A DNA stretch of 64,000 nucleotides from Protoeuglena noctilucae (taxonomy: Eukaryota): positions 682,001 to 746,000 of the forward strand of contig OY253685.1 in NCBI GenBank assembly GCA_958009085.1, given 5' to 3'. The translations under genes were made by a program, and so were the position numbers. The notes under the pieces are model-generated. The model searched no databases. It had not been told where the DNA came from and was given only the letters and a program-made list of their open reading frames with translations. The number at the start of each line of letters is the position of its first letter. Position 1 is the first letter of the stretch. Positions 62,425 through 64,000 of the stretch are shown one piece after another.

Positions 62425-64000
62425 ATGACGGCGCTGGAGCAGACCGACATGCTGAGCAAGGTGGGCGCCTCGCGCCACCAGTGGGCCTCGGGCGTGAGGT
62501 GCGCGCGCATCCTTGAGACATCCATGTGACTGCACTCTCGCAGGCACCGTCGGAATGGAAGCCCTCGGATCGGCTGCGCTTCGCCCCTTCCAAGCACTCC
62601 GTGCGCTTTGCCGGTGAGCCCCGCGGGCCAGGAGGGGCATGCGGACTCTGTCATGTGGTGAAGGGACTACATAAAAGAAACAGAATGCAACGTCGACGCT
62701 TCTGGCTTTCGCAGACGACGTGGCGACCTCCACGCAGTGCTACATCACTGCGCTGATGGGGTACCTGCGACTGCTCGACGAGGGCTCGCTGACGCGCAAT
62801 TTGAGCAAGTCCGGGCGCAATCCTGACTGCCTCGCGTGGTCTGACAACCAGGTGCGCACATGGCGGCGTTCCACGTCCCACCCGAGGCACACCACCCCTG
62901 CCGCAATCTCCTGTGCCGCAACCATCTGTGGCTCACGAGCGTTACATGCCCCTCGGCGTTCGCAGAAGTACCAGCGGTTCAGCATGCCGTGGGTCGAGGG
63001 CATCGACAACCCCATCGTGCACCGCCGGGAGCGTGCACGACCTCAGCAGCTCAAGAGCCTGACCAAGGGGACGTTCCGTAAGGCCCAGCGGGCTGCAGCG
63101 AAAGAGAAGAGCGAGCCCCGGTCTCTGAATGCCAACCACAACCTGGGGAACAGCCTGGCGGGCAGCCTGGGCGTCAGGTGACACATGCTGCAGCAGTCGA
63201 TGCGCGCGCGGGCCGTGTGCATGTGCTGGGAAGCGTTCACCTCAGCTCTCCCATCCTGTATGTCATCGCGCTACCCACGCTGCGCCCCGCAGCACGGCAG
63301 CCCTGGCGATGGAGGTGGTGTCGGAGACGTCGGGCCGCCCCCGCGACTACACACGTGACGAGGTGGCCAATCGAATTCAGCAAATCTTCGACGAGTACTC
63401 GGTCGAGGACGAGAGCAATGTGCGGGCGCCGAGGATGATGACGCTCAAGTGAGGGCGCACAGCGTATGTATCAGCGCCGCGTTGCTCCAGCTTCCGTGCA
63501 GCGTCGGTGACCCAACCTTTGCTCCGTCGGCCTCTCCAGGCGCTTCCTGAAAGCGGTCGCGGATTTGGACCTCCTGGACAACGCCTTTACGCACCTGGAC
63601 GCTTTCCTGGTCTTTGAGGAGATTCGAACCGACACCAAGAACGCCCAGGCCGGCCTTGGCTCGCGATTGGACGCCAAAGACTTCCGTATCGCCATGGTGA
63701 GGACCGTCCACTGCGCTGGTCTGCTCGGTTCATGCTGCGCCCTGCGCCCCGCAGCCGGTGATGAAAAGCAGCCCCGCGTCTGCGTTTGCGCTTGCGTCCC
63801 CGCTCGCCCCGCAGTACGGCATCGGGGACCGCAAGTACCCGCACATTCCCGAGCCCAGCGAGCGCCGCTCCAAGCTCATGGGGCAGTACCTGGCAGACTC
63901 CCGGGTGCGGTGCGTGGACAACGCGAACGACGAGCTCCTCGCGCGGCACTGCATGGAGGAGCTGGCCAAGCTCGACGGGCCCTTCAAGAAGATCTTTGCG
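62425..64000 (+). CDS. Multi-exon protein with p25alpha/TPPP- or EF-hand-like region, truncated by the window end
   Basis: IQQIFDEYS...MMTLK|RFLKAVADLDLLDNAFTHLDAFLVFEEI...RLDAKDFRIAM|YGIGDRKYP resembles the p25alpha-like pattern (F-K---D--LLD---T--D--L-F......F--AL--IA-KKYP); GT-AG junctions in phase. Confidence 0.55.

Overview
GC-rich eukaryotic nuclear DNA with spliceosomal introns, most likely a green alga (plant-type plastid-targeted FtsH2, fibrillin FBN9, nuclear ycf45-like gene and TPLATE). Most ORFs in the six-frame track are spurious; gene models here were spliced by hand. Both flanks hold compact housekeeping genes. Left: amino-acid transporter 3' end, FBN9, a nine-finger C4 zinc-finger protein, TRM112, ycf45-like ATPase, TPLATE, cytosolic LeuRS and a JmjC protein. 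Right: an unknown disordered protein, BET1, FtsH2, UBE2K/UBC27-like E2, RPP21-like and a p25alpha/EF-hand-like gene. An accessory region lies at about 29.6-51 kb, where two paralogous (pseudo)kinase + beta-helix genes bracket a ~15 kb block bounded by ~220-bp direct repeats. The block carries a ~3,560-aa signal-peptide/GPI-type repetitive surface protein, with a nested insert of prokaryote/phage-like repeats and a frameshifting 38-bp duplication, plus a putative non-autonomous TIR element. Other oddities: many TPLATE and LeuRS introns contain degenerate copies of the neighbouring exon junction, several introns use GC donors, and BET1 is followed after only 20 nt by another ORF (candidate bicistronic locus). 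Family assignments rest on recalled motifs, not database searches.
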